A DNA stretch of 64,000 nucleotides, taken from Eledone cirrhosa. Lineage: Eukaryota. Position numbers and translations under genes: made by a program. The notes below the pieces were generated by a model, which saw only the letters and a program-made list of their open reading frames with translations, was not told the origin of the DNA and searched no databases. Positions 26,704-38,270 of this stretch are shown here, piece by piece. The DNA lies in the NCBI GenBank assembly GCA_964016885.1, contig OZ024741.1, positions 85,870,001-85,934,000 on the forward strand. The letters run 5' to 3'. Position 1 is the first letter of the stretch. Every line of letters starts with the position of its first letter.

Positions 26704-27793
26704 TTGCCACAAGTGACGTCAGTGAGATCCCCCCTGTAGCTGTTGGTGTTAGAGAGATCTCCCTTCTTTGGCACTGGGACGATGTTACTGATCCTTCACT
26801 GATTTGGGGCAATTCCTTTCTCCAGTGCCTGGTTACAGAACCCCAGGATGATATAATCAAAATCACTCCTCTTCCTCACCTCTGATGCCACTCCATCAAA
26901 AGGTAAGGAGATACATTGTCTCCCTACTTTTTTATCATCGTAGTGGACTATTGTATGCGCCTTGCACTGGAGAAACACTAAGACTCTGGCTTTACTGTAG
27001 CACCGGCTCAGAGCAGGAGAGTTAAGGCGAAAAAGATATCGGATGCTGAATTTGCCGACGACATAGTTTTGGTGACAAATACAGTGAAGAAGGCAGAGGA
27101 TTTGATGCAGGAGGTTGAGACTGTGGGGCTGAAAATGAATGAGACTAAAACAAAATATCTGGTAGAGAATGTTGAGAAGCCAGAGGGGATGACTAATGTA
27201 GGCGGGAAGCCGCTAGAATTGGTTGAGGACTTCCTGTATTTGAGAGCAAAGATTGGGAATACGGAAGATGATGTGGTTGAGAGCAAGAGCAAAGCCTGGG
27301 CGGCGTGCCACAGCTTGAGATCGGTGTGAAAGTCGGACCTTCGTAGAGACCTGAAAATCCGCCTCATTGCTGTAATGGAGCCTGTGCTGCTGTACGGGTC
27401 TGAGACTTGGACACTGACCAAGAAACTCACTCAGATGGTGGATGGGGGCTACACGAGAATGCTGAGGATCGCTCTGAACATTAATCAGTATACACTGAGG
27501 ATGAAAAACTCAGAGCTGTATGGGAGCCTCCCAAACGTCAGCCCAAAAGTGACACAGAGGAGACTGAAGTTAGCTGGACATGCTCACCGACATCGAGAGT
27601 TGACATTGCACTCAGTGCTCCTGTGGGAGGCCCTACATGACCTCACTGGAAGAGGAAGACCAAGGTTAACGTATGTTGATGCCCTAAGGACAGACACTGG
27701 TCTGTTGGAGACGCAGGACATGGCAGCGATAATGAGGGACAGAGACCACTGGAGAGAACTCGTCCATGGAACTCGGGAATATTACCCGCCCTA

Positions 27794-27876
<83 letters not shown>

Positions 27877-29157
27877 GAGAGGGAGAAAGTGTGTGTGTGT
27901 GTAGTTAATACGATGCATTGTGAGATATGTAGTAAATGACCGATAAGTTTTTTTTTTTAGGCTGATACAATACGGTAGAAAATATTCAGTCGTATAGTCA
28001 GTCCCTCCATACAGATGGCTTGTCTGATGGTCGTTACCGTCTGCTCATTGAAATGTGGCAGCTTTAGGTAGCAAATGTTAGGGGCAGGTGTCCTATTTCT
28101 TTTGCGAGGCGGCATTTCGGTGTTTGGTGAGAGAAGTAGGGTAGCCGTTTTCGGTGAGATCTCTTTGGAATTCCACTGTGCTGGTATGTCAGTCGTTATC
28201 TTCGTTGCTTCTGATGCGTATCCGGGAGATTTCATTCTGTACATAGGCCATTTTGGCACAGTCAGGACTCTCATTGTGGAGACTGCTCTACAGACACCAA
28301 CCCACATACATAGATATATGCACACTTCCTAATTGTCCCTTCAACAATGCAAAAGTGTGCATTAGAGCATGTGTGGTCTATAAGACCACGAACAAAAAAT
28401 ACAGCTCCTCCTACATTGGAAGTCCCATAAGGAGGCTAACATACAGATCAAAGAACATGTGACAATGAGAACCTCTTCCATTAAAACACATCTTGATAGA
28501 TGTCGCAACAAAGACATTAAGGTCACCATAGAGGCCAGTGAAAGGACCACGGGAAATTTAAAAATTAAGGAAGCCATTTTCATTAGCCGATTAAAGACAG
28601 AAATAAAAAATAAATCAGAAAGGCACGGGGAAGAACGGTCACTATAGTAACTTGAGCATTCATTTTTAATACATTTTTAACATATAAACAACCAATCGTA
28701 AATTTATAATAAATTGAAGTGAAAATCAACAGGTGCGTGTTTTTATTGGCAGCATGACCCTCCCAAAGTATATCTGTTTCAACACACGTTTTCAGGTAAG
28801 AAATCTTGCAAAACAAATAAAAAAAAAAAAATAAAAAAATATATATATATATAAGTAAATGACCGATAAGTTTTTTTTTTTTAGGCTGATACAATACGGT
28901 AGAAAATATTCAGTCGTATAGTCAGTCCCTGTCTTTGCTTAAACTTTAATCTGTTATTTTAATAAATATATATATATGAGAGATATACTTTAACTTTAAT
29001 TATATCTCATAAAATAATACAACTGGTTTTTCCACATTATACATATTGTTAGCACCCCAAACACTTAAATTGGGTTTATATTTTAATATAACCTAATGTT
29101 TGTTGAGTGAGATGGTTACCAGTCAGAGTTTAGCTTTAAACTATCTGTTATTGTATT

Positions 29158-29208
<51 letters not shown>

Positions 29209-32088
29209 TGTACCCCCGGCATTCACGGTCCCGGTTATTCGCGGAATTTTCCTTAGAGCCTAACTAAGGTCATGGAAACTACGTGTTTTTACGTTTATAG
29301 GCATTTTAATGGATCACGTCCAACATTCGCGGTTTCATTCTATTCGCGGGTGCTTTAGGAACATGACTGCTGCGAATACCAGGGGAAAACTGTATATATA
29401 TATATATATATATATACATATATACAGAGGCGGTGGAACTGGGGGAGGACAGGGTGGAGGCATGGTCACTCCAATAATTATATTTTTCTCACCAAACTAC
29501 CAAAACACATCTATTTATATATGCGCTACATTTTATGTACATGTTATGTAGACAGATGGGAGAGAGAGATATAGAGCGGGGTAGAGATTGATGTTTAATG
29601 ATATAGAGAGAGGAATTTGAAGAGAGTTCCGTGTAGTAGATATACAGAGGGTAGAGTTTAGAGTTAGTTGATATAGAGAGGAGGATTAGAAGAGAGTTCC
29701 GTATAGGGAGAGTTTGGGGTTAATTGATATGGAGAGGGGGAGAGTTTGGGGTTAATTGATATAGAGAGGGAGGAGAATTTGGTGGTAATCAGAGTGAGAG
29801 GATTGATAGAGATAGGTATTGATAGATATAGAGAGGGGGGGGGGGGGGTTAGTGATGGATAGAGTGAGAGGGAATGCGAGAGAGTGTTGTATGGTAGACA
29901 TAGAGAGGGAGATAGTTTGGTGCTAATTGATATAGTGAGGGAGTTTGGGAGTGTGTTGTATATTAGATATAGAGAGGGGGGAGAGATTGATGTTTATTGA
30001 TATAGAGAGACGTATTGGAGGAGAGTTCCGTGAAGTAGATATAGAGGGAGAAAGAGTTTGGTGTTAATTGATATAGAGAGGAGGAGAATTTGATGTTACT
30101 TGATATATATTTCTATTTATTTTCCACCAGGGCATCAAAGATTGGGACAAATACAAAGGAGGGAGTTTACATACATTTAAAAAGACGTGTAAAAAACATA
30201 ACAAATTAAATTTAACAATCGATGTCCTCAATAGGGAGGGGCGTTGACATGGGTCGCACACACCCCCGAAAAAATGTGCAACCCTCCTCTTCAGGAGCAC
30301 AAAGAGCGGGTGCTTCCTTCCTCTTCTCATTCTTCTCCTCTCTCACCTACAGGCTGATATAGAGAGAAGGCCCATTCACTCGGGCCATTCTCGCTGCTTT
30401 CACCCATCTTTCATAAAACTTGCTGGGGTAGAGCACCTCTCTCTCCATTCTGATCCTTCTTCTAAAGTGGTACTTTAAAAAAAAGACTAGTTGTTGGCCG
30501 GAGAGAAAGGTATCTGACCTCAGCCCTTTCAACCTTGTCCACCATACAACTTCTTTCGCCATGGCTATCACACAGAGGAAAACCGCCTCTCCTTCGTTTT
30601 TGAAAGGGGGAGGCGGTTTGATCGTGACAATGTTCTCGGTGGTCAACCGGATTGGTCCCACCCGCGACAGTAGTCGTTCTACATAGCCCCACAGGTCAGC
30701 AACGCCCGGGCAGTGTACGAATGCGTGTGCGACGGTTTCCTCGTCACGCACGCATCTTGGACAGATCTTCTTCGAGGGGTCCTTACCCGGGCGCCCGTAT
30801 CTGTAGAGCTTGTCCCGAACGGGTAGAGCTCCTCGGTAACATTGCCAAGCCAGGGACTTTTGGAAGTTGTCCATCGGTCCCAGGCCAAACGTCCTACCGA
30901 ACAGACTGGCCAGCTCGTCTTCCTCCATGCCCAGAGCCTCTCCGATAGCGTCGTCGCACTTACTGCGCACCAACCCTCTATAGAATGTTGAGGTTGAGTC
31001 TCCACTGATTTCCGGATCCGCTTGCCAGAGGGCCGTGAGCGCCTGGGCACATTCAATGTGCCAGTCGCCCACTTTTCTCGGTCTTTTCTTGACACAGGAT
31101 TGCAGCTCGGTGAGTGAGACAAGTCTCGGAAAGGCTCACCTCACAAACAGGGCCCACACCGGCTGACCGGTGAGGAATACCTGGAGGTGCCGTAGCCTTA
31201 ATGCGTGTCTACGCATCGTCAGCCACGTCATCTCCAGCCCTCCGTTCGAAGGGTGTTGACAGCAGATGGATCTTCTCACCAAAGGAGCCCGCTTCTTCCA
31301 AAGAAATCGGAAGAGCGCGCGCTCCATTTTGGCGAGTGTTTTCTCTGGGCAAGGCACGACGGTCAAGCGGTAGTAGATGACGGACGCTATATAAGCGTTC
31401 GCCACCTCCGCTCGACCTTTCAGGGATAGTTTAAACTCGGCCCACTTCTGGGCGAGTGCAAACACCTTGCCCGTTACCTCGTCCCAGTTTCTCTCCACCT
31501 GGAGGTCCGGTCCGAACCAGACCCCGAGCAGCATCACCGGTCCCTCCGTCCAGCGTCCGATGATGCCGTCGGGGGGCATCGTTTTGCCCCTCCACGTCCC
31601 GAGTTGCAAACCGACGGACTTGTCCCGGTTCAGCTTGTCTCCTGTGAACCTTTCATATTCCTCCAGTAAGGTGCCGATCTGCCCGATTTCCGAGGCGCAC
31701 GACACCATTACTGTCACGTCATCGGCGTAGGGTGACACCACTTTCCGCAATCCCGGTTCCAAGGGGATGCCCTGCAACAGCTCCAGCTTCCGCAGTAGTG
31801 GTGCGAGAGCCAGCACATACAGGAGGGAGGAGAGAGGGCATCCCTGTCGGATGGATCGCGTGATTTGGAACGGCTCCGAGAGGTAGCCGTTCACCTTGAC
31901 CCTCGAGCAGGTGTTGCTGCTGTGTATTGCAGCAATCCTGCCGCCGCGAGCACCGCATTCAGGTATCGATGGTCAACCCTATCGAACGCTTTAGATTGAT
32001 CCAAGTTGATCAGGGCCCCACCAAAGCCGGGTTCGTTCCCTACCCTCTCTACGATGTATCGCATGCGGTGGAGGTTGTCGTGTATGGA
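22816..32088 (-). repeat. Right arm of giant inverted duplication
   Basis: Mirror copies of the Helitron-like 5' end, CAA/CAC repeat, MITEs, RTE, PLE fragment, minisatellite and Tx1 3' half; differs from the left arm by SNPs and indels. Confidence 0.95.
23675..24980. repeat. Cryptic (CAA/CAC)n trinucleotide repeat
   Basis: Low-complexity array producing spurious T/N-, P/T- and V/L-rich ORFs. Confidence 0.95.
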
Positions 32089-33761
32089 CCTGGACGGGAT
32101 TCCGCATGTCTGTGCTTCTCCCACCAGGTTCCCGACGACAAGCGCCAACCTCTTCGCTAACACCTTGGCCAAAATCTTTAACTCTGTGTTTAGAAGAGTT
32201 ATGGGCCTGAAGTTATCTATGTCATCCCCCTTGTTCTCGTCCTTCCTCACCAGCGTGACTACGCCCTTGGTCACAGAACTGGGAATTCTCCCGTTCTGTT
32301 GCCAGTTGCAGTAGACCGCCTCGAGGAGACCGGAGAACAAGCCCGGCATCGCTACATAAATGTTCGTATGGTAGACCATCGAGACCCGGAGATTTGCGTT
32401 TGCCGCATTGGCTCAGCGCTTCCCCTATTTCAGCGGCTGAAATCGGCCTCTCGCAGGGCTTCGCCTCCCCGTCCAAGAGCCGCGCCAGACCGTCGAGGTA
32501 TGGACCGAAATCCATGGCCCCCACCCGGCCCGCCGCTCCTCCCGAACAGTCGTGCAAAGCGCCGTTGAAAGGCCGCGCTCATCCGCTCAGGTTCAAGGAT
32601 CACGCGTCCATCCTGGTCCTTCAAAGACCGAATCGTGGACTTGTTTCCACTTTTTGCCTCTGTCACTCGGGCCCAGCTAACAGCTTTGGCTCCCTCGTTA
32701 CCCAGAGCACGTATTTTACTCCTGACAACGCAGCCCTCGTGCTTCGCATCAAAGAGCTGGTCTAGGGCCGTTCTTGGCGCCAGCACGCCGGCCACGTTGC
32801 CACTCCTAATCGCCTCTTCTACTCTATTTGTTAATTCCCTTTCAGTTCTATTCCTATCTGATGCTAATTCCCGACTAAAACCTATCGATTCTATTCTAAT
32901 TTCTCTCTTGAGAGAGCCCCACCACCTGTTGTTGACAATTGCCCCCGTCAAACGCTGCTTAACTAGTGTGCTAATCCGCTTACTGTAAGCTTTGTTTGTC
33001 GGTAAAGACAAGTTTAGCTTCCAGTAACCGGGTCCCTGTCTATGAGTTCTATCAAGGTTGACCACTCCGGTCACCAACTTGTGATCCGAATAGTCAACCA
33101 TGAACATTCGTGGACAGCTTAAAATGTCCCTATCCTTATTTCTAACTAGGAACCTATCTAGGTACGACCTGGATGTTCCGCTGCGATTACTCCACGTCCA
33201 CCGTGGCACAGTCGGAAAATCTAGTCGATATCTATCGGCCAGATCAAATCGGCCGATTAATCGTTTGAGGCTGTTACACCCCCCTCTATCGGGACATGCC
33301 CCTACATAGTCCCAACGTGCATCCAGGATACCATTCCAGTCCCCCACTAAAAGCAAGGAGCGAGACGTTCCCAGGAAATTCTCCAGGCGTCGGAAGAAGT
33401 CTGGTCGCGGTGTCCCCGATGGGGCATACGCTGCCACCAGCCTGAAAGCTCCACCTTCACCACTGCCGACGTCTAAAACCACCAGTCGACCTTCCGGGTC
33501 CAGGTGTACCTTCTGTGTGGCAAGACCCAGGTATTTTCGCAGCAGAACGACAACCTAACCCCCACCCCTCGGCTGACAGAGAGATGCGTAGATCTCAAAG
33601 TCATCGAAGATGGGGGCCAGTTGGCGCTCGCTGCTGATCCTGGACTCGCAAATAACCATTACATCCACTCTGTGCGACCTGAGGTCATTTAAGAGTTTGC
33701 CCTGTTTCCAGGACATCCCCAGGCCGCGTGCATTCACACATCCAACTCTTATATTGGCCAT
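30347..33761 (-). pseudogene. Tx1-like ORF2 (APE endonuclease plus RT), frameshifted
   Basis: VGCVNARGL, LLVGDWN, SRSYLDRF, YSDHK, GPGYWKLN, KSPGLDGLPYE, NFRPITLLN, YADD. Confidence 0.92.
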
Positions 33762-33803
33762 GTTGGTGCTGAAGAGTTAAAAAGGAAGAGGAAAGTAAAT
33801 TAC

Positions 33804-35639
33804 TTACCTCTTCGTCTCCTGGGGACCAGGCTGCACAATTTCCATGTGGGTGTTGGAAGGGTTGTTTGGTGAGGTAGTGGTTTGTGGTGGGGTGAGGACA
33901 TCAGTGTGTGTGGTGGGATTAGGGTGTTTGGTGGAGTGTATGTCTGGTGTGGGGGTGGGGAAACATCTCAATAGGTCGCTGTTAAGTGGTTTGGTGCAGT
34001 TGGTCCCCACATGCATTGGATGGTTCTTTTTCAAAGTTACATAGGTTTCCGTTGGGCCCCTAAACATCATTAGGTGCGGTTTTGTTCGCTTCGTAGGTGA
34101 AAGTGATCCCTTCGCTTTCCACCGAAGGTTTATTTTCTATTGCTTTCATCAACGTTTTATTGTTCTTGTTAATGTATGTATAGAGTTTTTGTTGTGTTGT
34201 GTTTGCTTTTGTTTGTTGTTCTTGTGCGTGTTTGCGTTTTGTAGTATGTGTTATGTTTTGGGGAGGGGTGGGTTTTTTTGTTTGTGATGTTTGTTCTGTT
34301 TGTGTTGGTGGTTGTGTGTTTGTAACATTTTTGTTAATGTAGTGCCTTTTTTTTGCCTTTTCACCTGTTGAAAGGGTTCTCCCTCGTCGTCACTGGGTGA
34401 CGTTGATACGGAGTCCTCTTCCGTGTTGTTGGGGAGGGGTATATTTTGGGGTTTTGTTGTGGTTGCTTTTGTATTTGTTTTAGGTGGGGAGGGTTGGGTG
34501 GAACAGTGTTTTGTGTTGTTATTTTTCCGTGTTGTTGTGGTTGTTGTTATTGTTGTTGTGGTGGTGGTGGTGGTAGTCGTGGTGGTGGTGGTGGTGGTGG
34601 TCGTGTTGTTGCGTTCGGGGTTGGCAGAAGAGCCTTTTTTTTTACTCGCTATTTGAGGACAGGCAGCCCTCAGGTGACCCCTGCTTAAGCATTGGTAGCA
34701 TGACGGCCGCCTTCCCTCCACTGAAATGTTTATATAAGTTAGCCCGTCCAGAGTCACGCGTTGTGGGATATGTGCTATTCGTTCTGGGCTCATTTGCACC
34801 AGGACTTCTACGCTGGTCGCACCAAATACACCTCCGGAGCACTTTCCTATTGAAATTATCCTGTCTTCATCAAAGTCAATGATTCCACATAGTATCCACC
34901 AAATATTTAGATTTGGTGTGATACTCATAATTTTTATTCTTTGTGTCCTTTTTCCCCTGTATGTGGGGAAAAAGGTGAAGCGGGGGACACAATGGGTGAT
35001 ACCGAGTATTTTTGTGCTGTTGACTGGTTATTCATTAGCACCGAAATGCTACCAAACAGTTTTCCTTTTTGTATGAAGGTTATGTCTTTCATTGCATCTT
35101 TTAGAACCAGCTCAATTTCATTTTGTGATAATTGAGCTGGTTTTCTTGTTTCGTTCGATAATGTCCTGAAAACTGTGGTTTTCAGGACAGCCTCTCTACG
35201 TAATTCCTGTGGAGAATTAATGCTAAAAGCACCGTTTTCGCCAAAAGTCACGAATTGTTTTGCGTCTTGTAATAGTTGTTTAGCATTTGTTATGTCAATT
35301 GGCGTGTAGAGTTCGTTTTTTTTTTACAGTCTGTGCGAACGTTTTTTTGGTGTTGTTGTCTTTTTTGTTGCTGCTGTTGTTGTCATTGTTGGTAATATTG
35401 TTCATGTTTTCCTTGGTGTTGCTATTGTTGCAGTTGTTGGTTGTGGTGTTATTTTCATTGTTCTTGTTGTTGGTGCTGGTATTATTTACCGGGTTTGGTT
35501 TCGTGGTTTCAATATTTTCAACGTTTTTCGATAATGCGAGGGGGGAAGGCTGCAAGCTTTGTACTCCTACCTTCCCTCCACCACTTTTCTTAGTGAACGT
35601 GGCACTCACGACAGTGTGCGAGGTTGAAATGGCATCCAT
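33804..35639 (-). pseudogene. Tx1-like ORF1 (gag-like, zinc knuckle), fragmented
   Basis: Several minus ORFs upstream of ORF2, including EGRRPSCYQCLSRGHLRAACP. Confidence 0.75.
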
Positions 35640-36201
35640 TGCTGACTACCAATCTACACAGTTTTGAGATGAAAATGAAAATTTCGCCCCAGAAAGGGGC
35701 GAAAATTAGTTGACTCAACGTCTCAAGGCCCAGGCAAGGGGTTAAATTAAACAATGCTATTAAATTGAGCAATGAACTCACAGTTTTTTTGGACAATAAT
35801 CCGTAAAAATCCGGAGCGAAGTAATTCACGTCTATATCAAGTGGTAATTGATATAGAGAGGTGGATTGGAAAAGAGTTCCGTGTAGTAGATATAGAGAGT
35901 AAGAGAATTTGGTGGTTGTAGATATGCAGAGAGGGATAATGGGAGAGTGCCGCGTTGTAGATATAGAGAGGGTGAGAGTTTAGTGGTGATTGATATACAG
36001 AGGGTAATTGGGAGATATAAGTGTATATATCTTTAGAGAGTGAGAGACTGTATTAGTCTTATATAGAGAGTGTGGTGGTAAGAGAGGCGGTGCCGTGGTA
36101 GATATAGAGAGGGGTAGAGTTTGGTTTTAGTAGATACAAAGAGAGGGATTAAAAGAGAGTTTTGTGTGATAGACATAGGGAGGAGGAGAATTTGGTGGCA
36201 A

Positions 36202-36532
36202 TCTCAGGTCCCAAATAATCGAAGAGGTGGCAATAATGGGTGGGTGGGGGCTTGGGAAATCAGTAATTGTATAGTGTACGTTCGTAAATATGGGATTTCT
36301 TGTAATGTTCTTCTATTGTCATATATAATTTTTTTTAATGTAAAATAAAATAATTATTAGATTCTCCAGCTGCTGTATCAACATGAATCACTTACAATAA
36401 AATTACGCCAGAGATAGATTAGCAAAATTTAATAAGCGGTTGGGTGGGGTGGAATAAAACCCGGTGGGAATGGAAAAAATCTGACAAATTATTAAGCGGG
36501 GGGTGTGGACGATTATTCAGGACCTGAGAGTA
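36202..36532. mobile_element. MITE with TIRs (Tc1/mariner-type likely)
   Basis: tctcaggtcccaaataatcg at left vs cgattattcaggacctgaga(gta) at right. Confidence 0.6.
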
Positions 36533-36806
36533 CATGAATTATTGACAGACGTAAGAATGAAAACTCAATACCGAAGTAGAGTTTAAATATTCATTTATCA
36601 TAGCTAAGCCTTGTTACTCTGGAGTCTCACTTGCGTACTCACAGGATCATCAGACAAGACAGGTGATCTCTTGAGTGCGCAGGTGAAACTTTAGAGTAAC
36701 AAAGCTCACTTGGGTAAAATACCAGTTTCTTACCAAATGCGAAGAAGCTCGATATATTAACCCCTTAGGAAAGGGCACAAAGCATTTTTTTTTTATTATA
36801 TATATA

Positions 36807-37040
36807 TAGTGGAGGTGGAACTGAGGGGCGGAGGCATGCCCTCCTCCAATAATTATGTTTTCTCCCCAAACTACCAAAACACACATCTATTTGGATATGC
36901 GCTACAATTTATGTACATGTAATGTTTATCCCATATCAAAGTTTTCTGACCATTTTAGAGTGCACAGAGCTAAACTAATCACTACAACTAAATTGTTCAA
37001 ATTCGGCCCCGCCAATTCAGAAATGCTTCCACCGCCCCTA
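36807..37040. mobile_element. hAT-like MITE in TA tract
   Basis: TIRs tagtggaggtggaa / ttccaccgccccta. Confidence 0.6.
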
Positions 37041-37116
<76 letters not shown>

Positions 37117-37176
37117 GAAGTAATTCCGTCGGAAAAGTCCAGGAAAAATAGTGCTCTATGTAGGTAACAGAGCTTA

Positions 37177-37389
37177 ATAGTTATGTAATAAACAACATAA
37201 GGCAATTATTCCATTTACCAGTGGTTTCTTAAAATCCTGGTCTGTTTATTGGATTTGGATTTTTTTAAATCCAAATTCAATAAAAAGACCAGGATTTTTT
37301 CATTCTGATGATTGAAAGCAAAATTCTTTGCTTTTAAGAAACCACTGGTAAATGGAATAATTGGCTTATGTTGTTTATTACATAACTAT
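37177..37389. repeat. Fold-back palindrome of a PLE-like terminus
   Basis: Arms atagttatgtaataaacaacataag... / ...cttatgttgtttattacataactat; the left arm lacks the CTGATGA/stem II part. Confidence 0.85.
37298..37357 (+). ncRNA. Type I hammerhead ribozyme motif
   Basis: CATT-CTGATGA-TTGAAAGCAAA-ATTC-TTTGCTTTTAA-GAAA-CCACTGG-TA-AATG. Confidence 0.82.
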
Positions 37390-37592
37390 ATATATATATA
37401 TATATAAAATTGTAAGTTTGAAGAACAGTCAGATAAAATATACCCAATTTTTCTTCTCTATATGCAATTTTTCTTCAAACTTACATTTTAGACTTAGCTC
37501 CGTTTAATTGATTATTTGTGTAGCTAATTTCTACGGGCTAAGAAGAAAGACTGGGTAAATTTTATCTGACTGTTCCTCGCGGGGGATAGTCT

Positions 37593-38081
37593 TTTAGAAT
37601 ATTTGTATCAGTGTATATATATTATCAAGAATGACAATAAATGCAGGTGAATGTTGTGACATGGTTTTACTTCACAGAAGTCAAATAAATTAATATAAAT
37701 AATTGTTACCACATGTTGATGGTCAGTTGGTCACAACTTCCAGACTGGAGTGTGTAGAGAAGAACAGAAATCTTCTCTTGGTAAAGTTCAAGTGTTTCTT
37801 TAGGCTGTCGGCGCAGGAAGTGAGACAGGAGTCATCTCTTGACAAGGTGTTCTTCTTGTTCCTTCGAAGTTCAGGATGCGAGAGAATTATGCCTTGATTG
37901 TCCTCAAATATATAGTCCCCAGGGCGACGCAACTCCATTTAGTACATGGATCTTCCACAGGGAGTCGCGACCGTCACAAAGGGACGCAACTCCTATACGT
38001 ATCTGCCACTGGGAGTCGCGACCGTCGCAAAGGGACGCAACTCCTATACGTGCTGAGTTACAGTCGTAAGGAGCCGCTACA
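37593..38081 (-). repeat. 3' LTR of Gypsy element
   Basis: Direct repeat of 42187-42676 with about a dozen substitutions by eye; minus-strand start TGTAGC. Confidence 0.92.
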
Positions 38082-38270
38082 GTACCCTCCTCCAGACGCT
38101 AGGCGAAAAGCCCGAATGTAACTGTAGCGAACTCACAAGCATGGGCTCCCAGCACCGGCATGAAATAGTAACGAAAAGGTACATGTATAAATCAGGCATG
38201 AAATGGTAACGAAAAGGTAAATGGTAATACAATAAAGAGAAAAACAAAAAAAAATGCTCCCGTGGCCAGT

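Larger units (their letters stand above)
30105..35832 (-). mobile_element. Full-length decayed Tx1/L1-clade LINE
   Basis: ORF1 remnants with CCHC knuckle (CYQCLSRGHLRAAC), then ORF2 APE endonuclease, RT and zinc finger; 5' UTR to ~35832; flanked both sides by the same minisatellite. Confidence 0.92.

Noticed and set aside
37925-38055. ~52-bp tandem repeats resembling a short CRISPR-like array
   Set aside because: They are internal repeats of the Gypsy LTR (also at 42520-42650), with no unique spacers or cas genes in a eukaryotic context.
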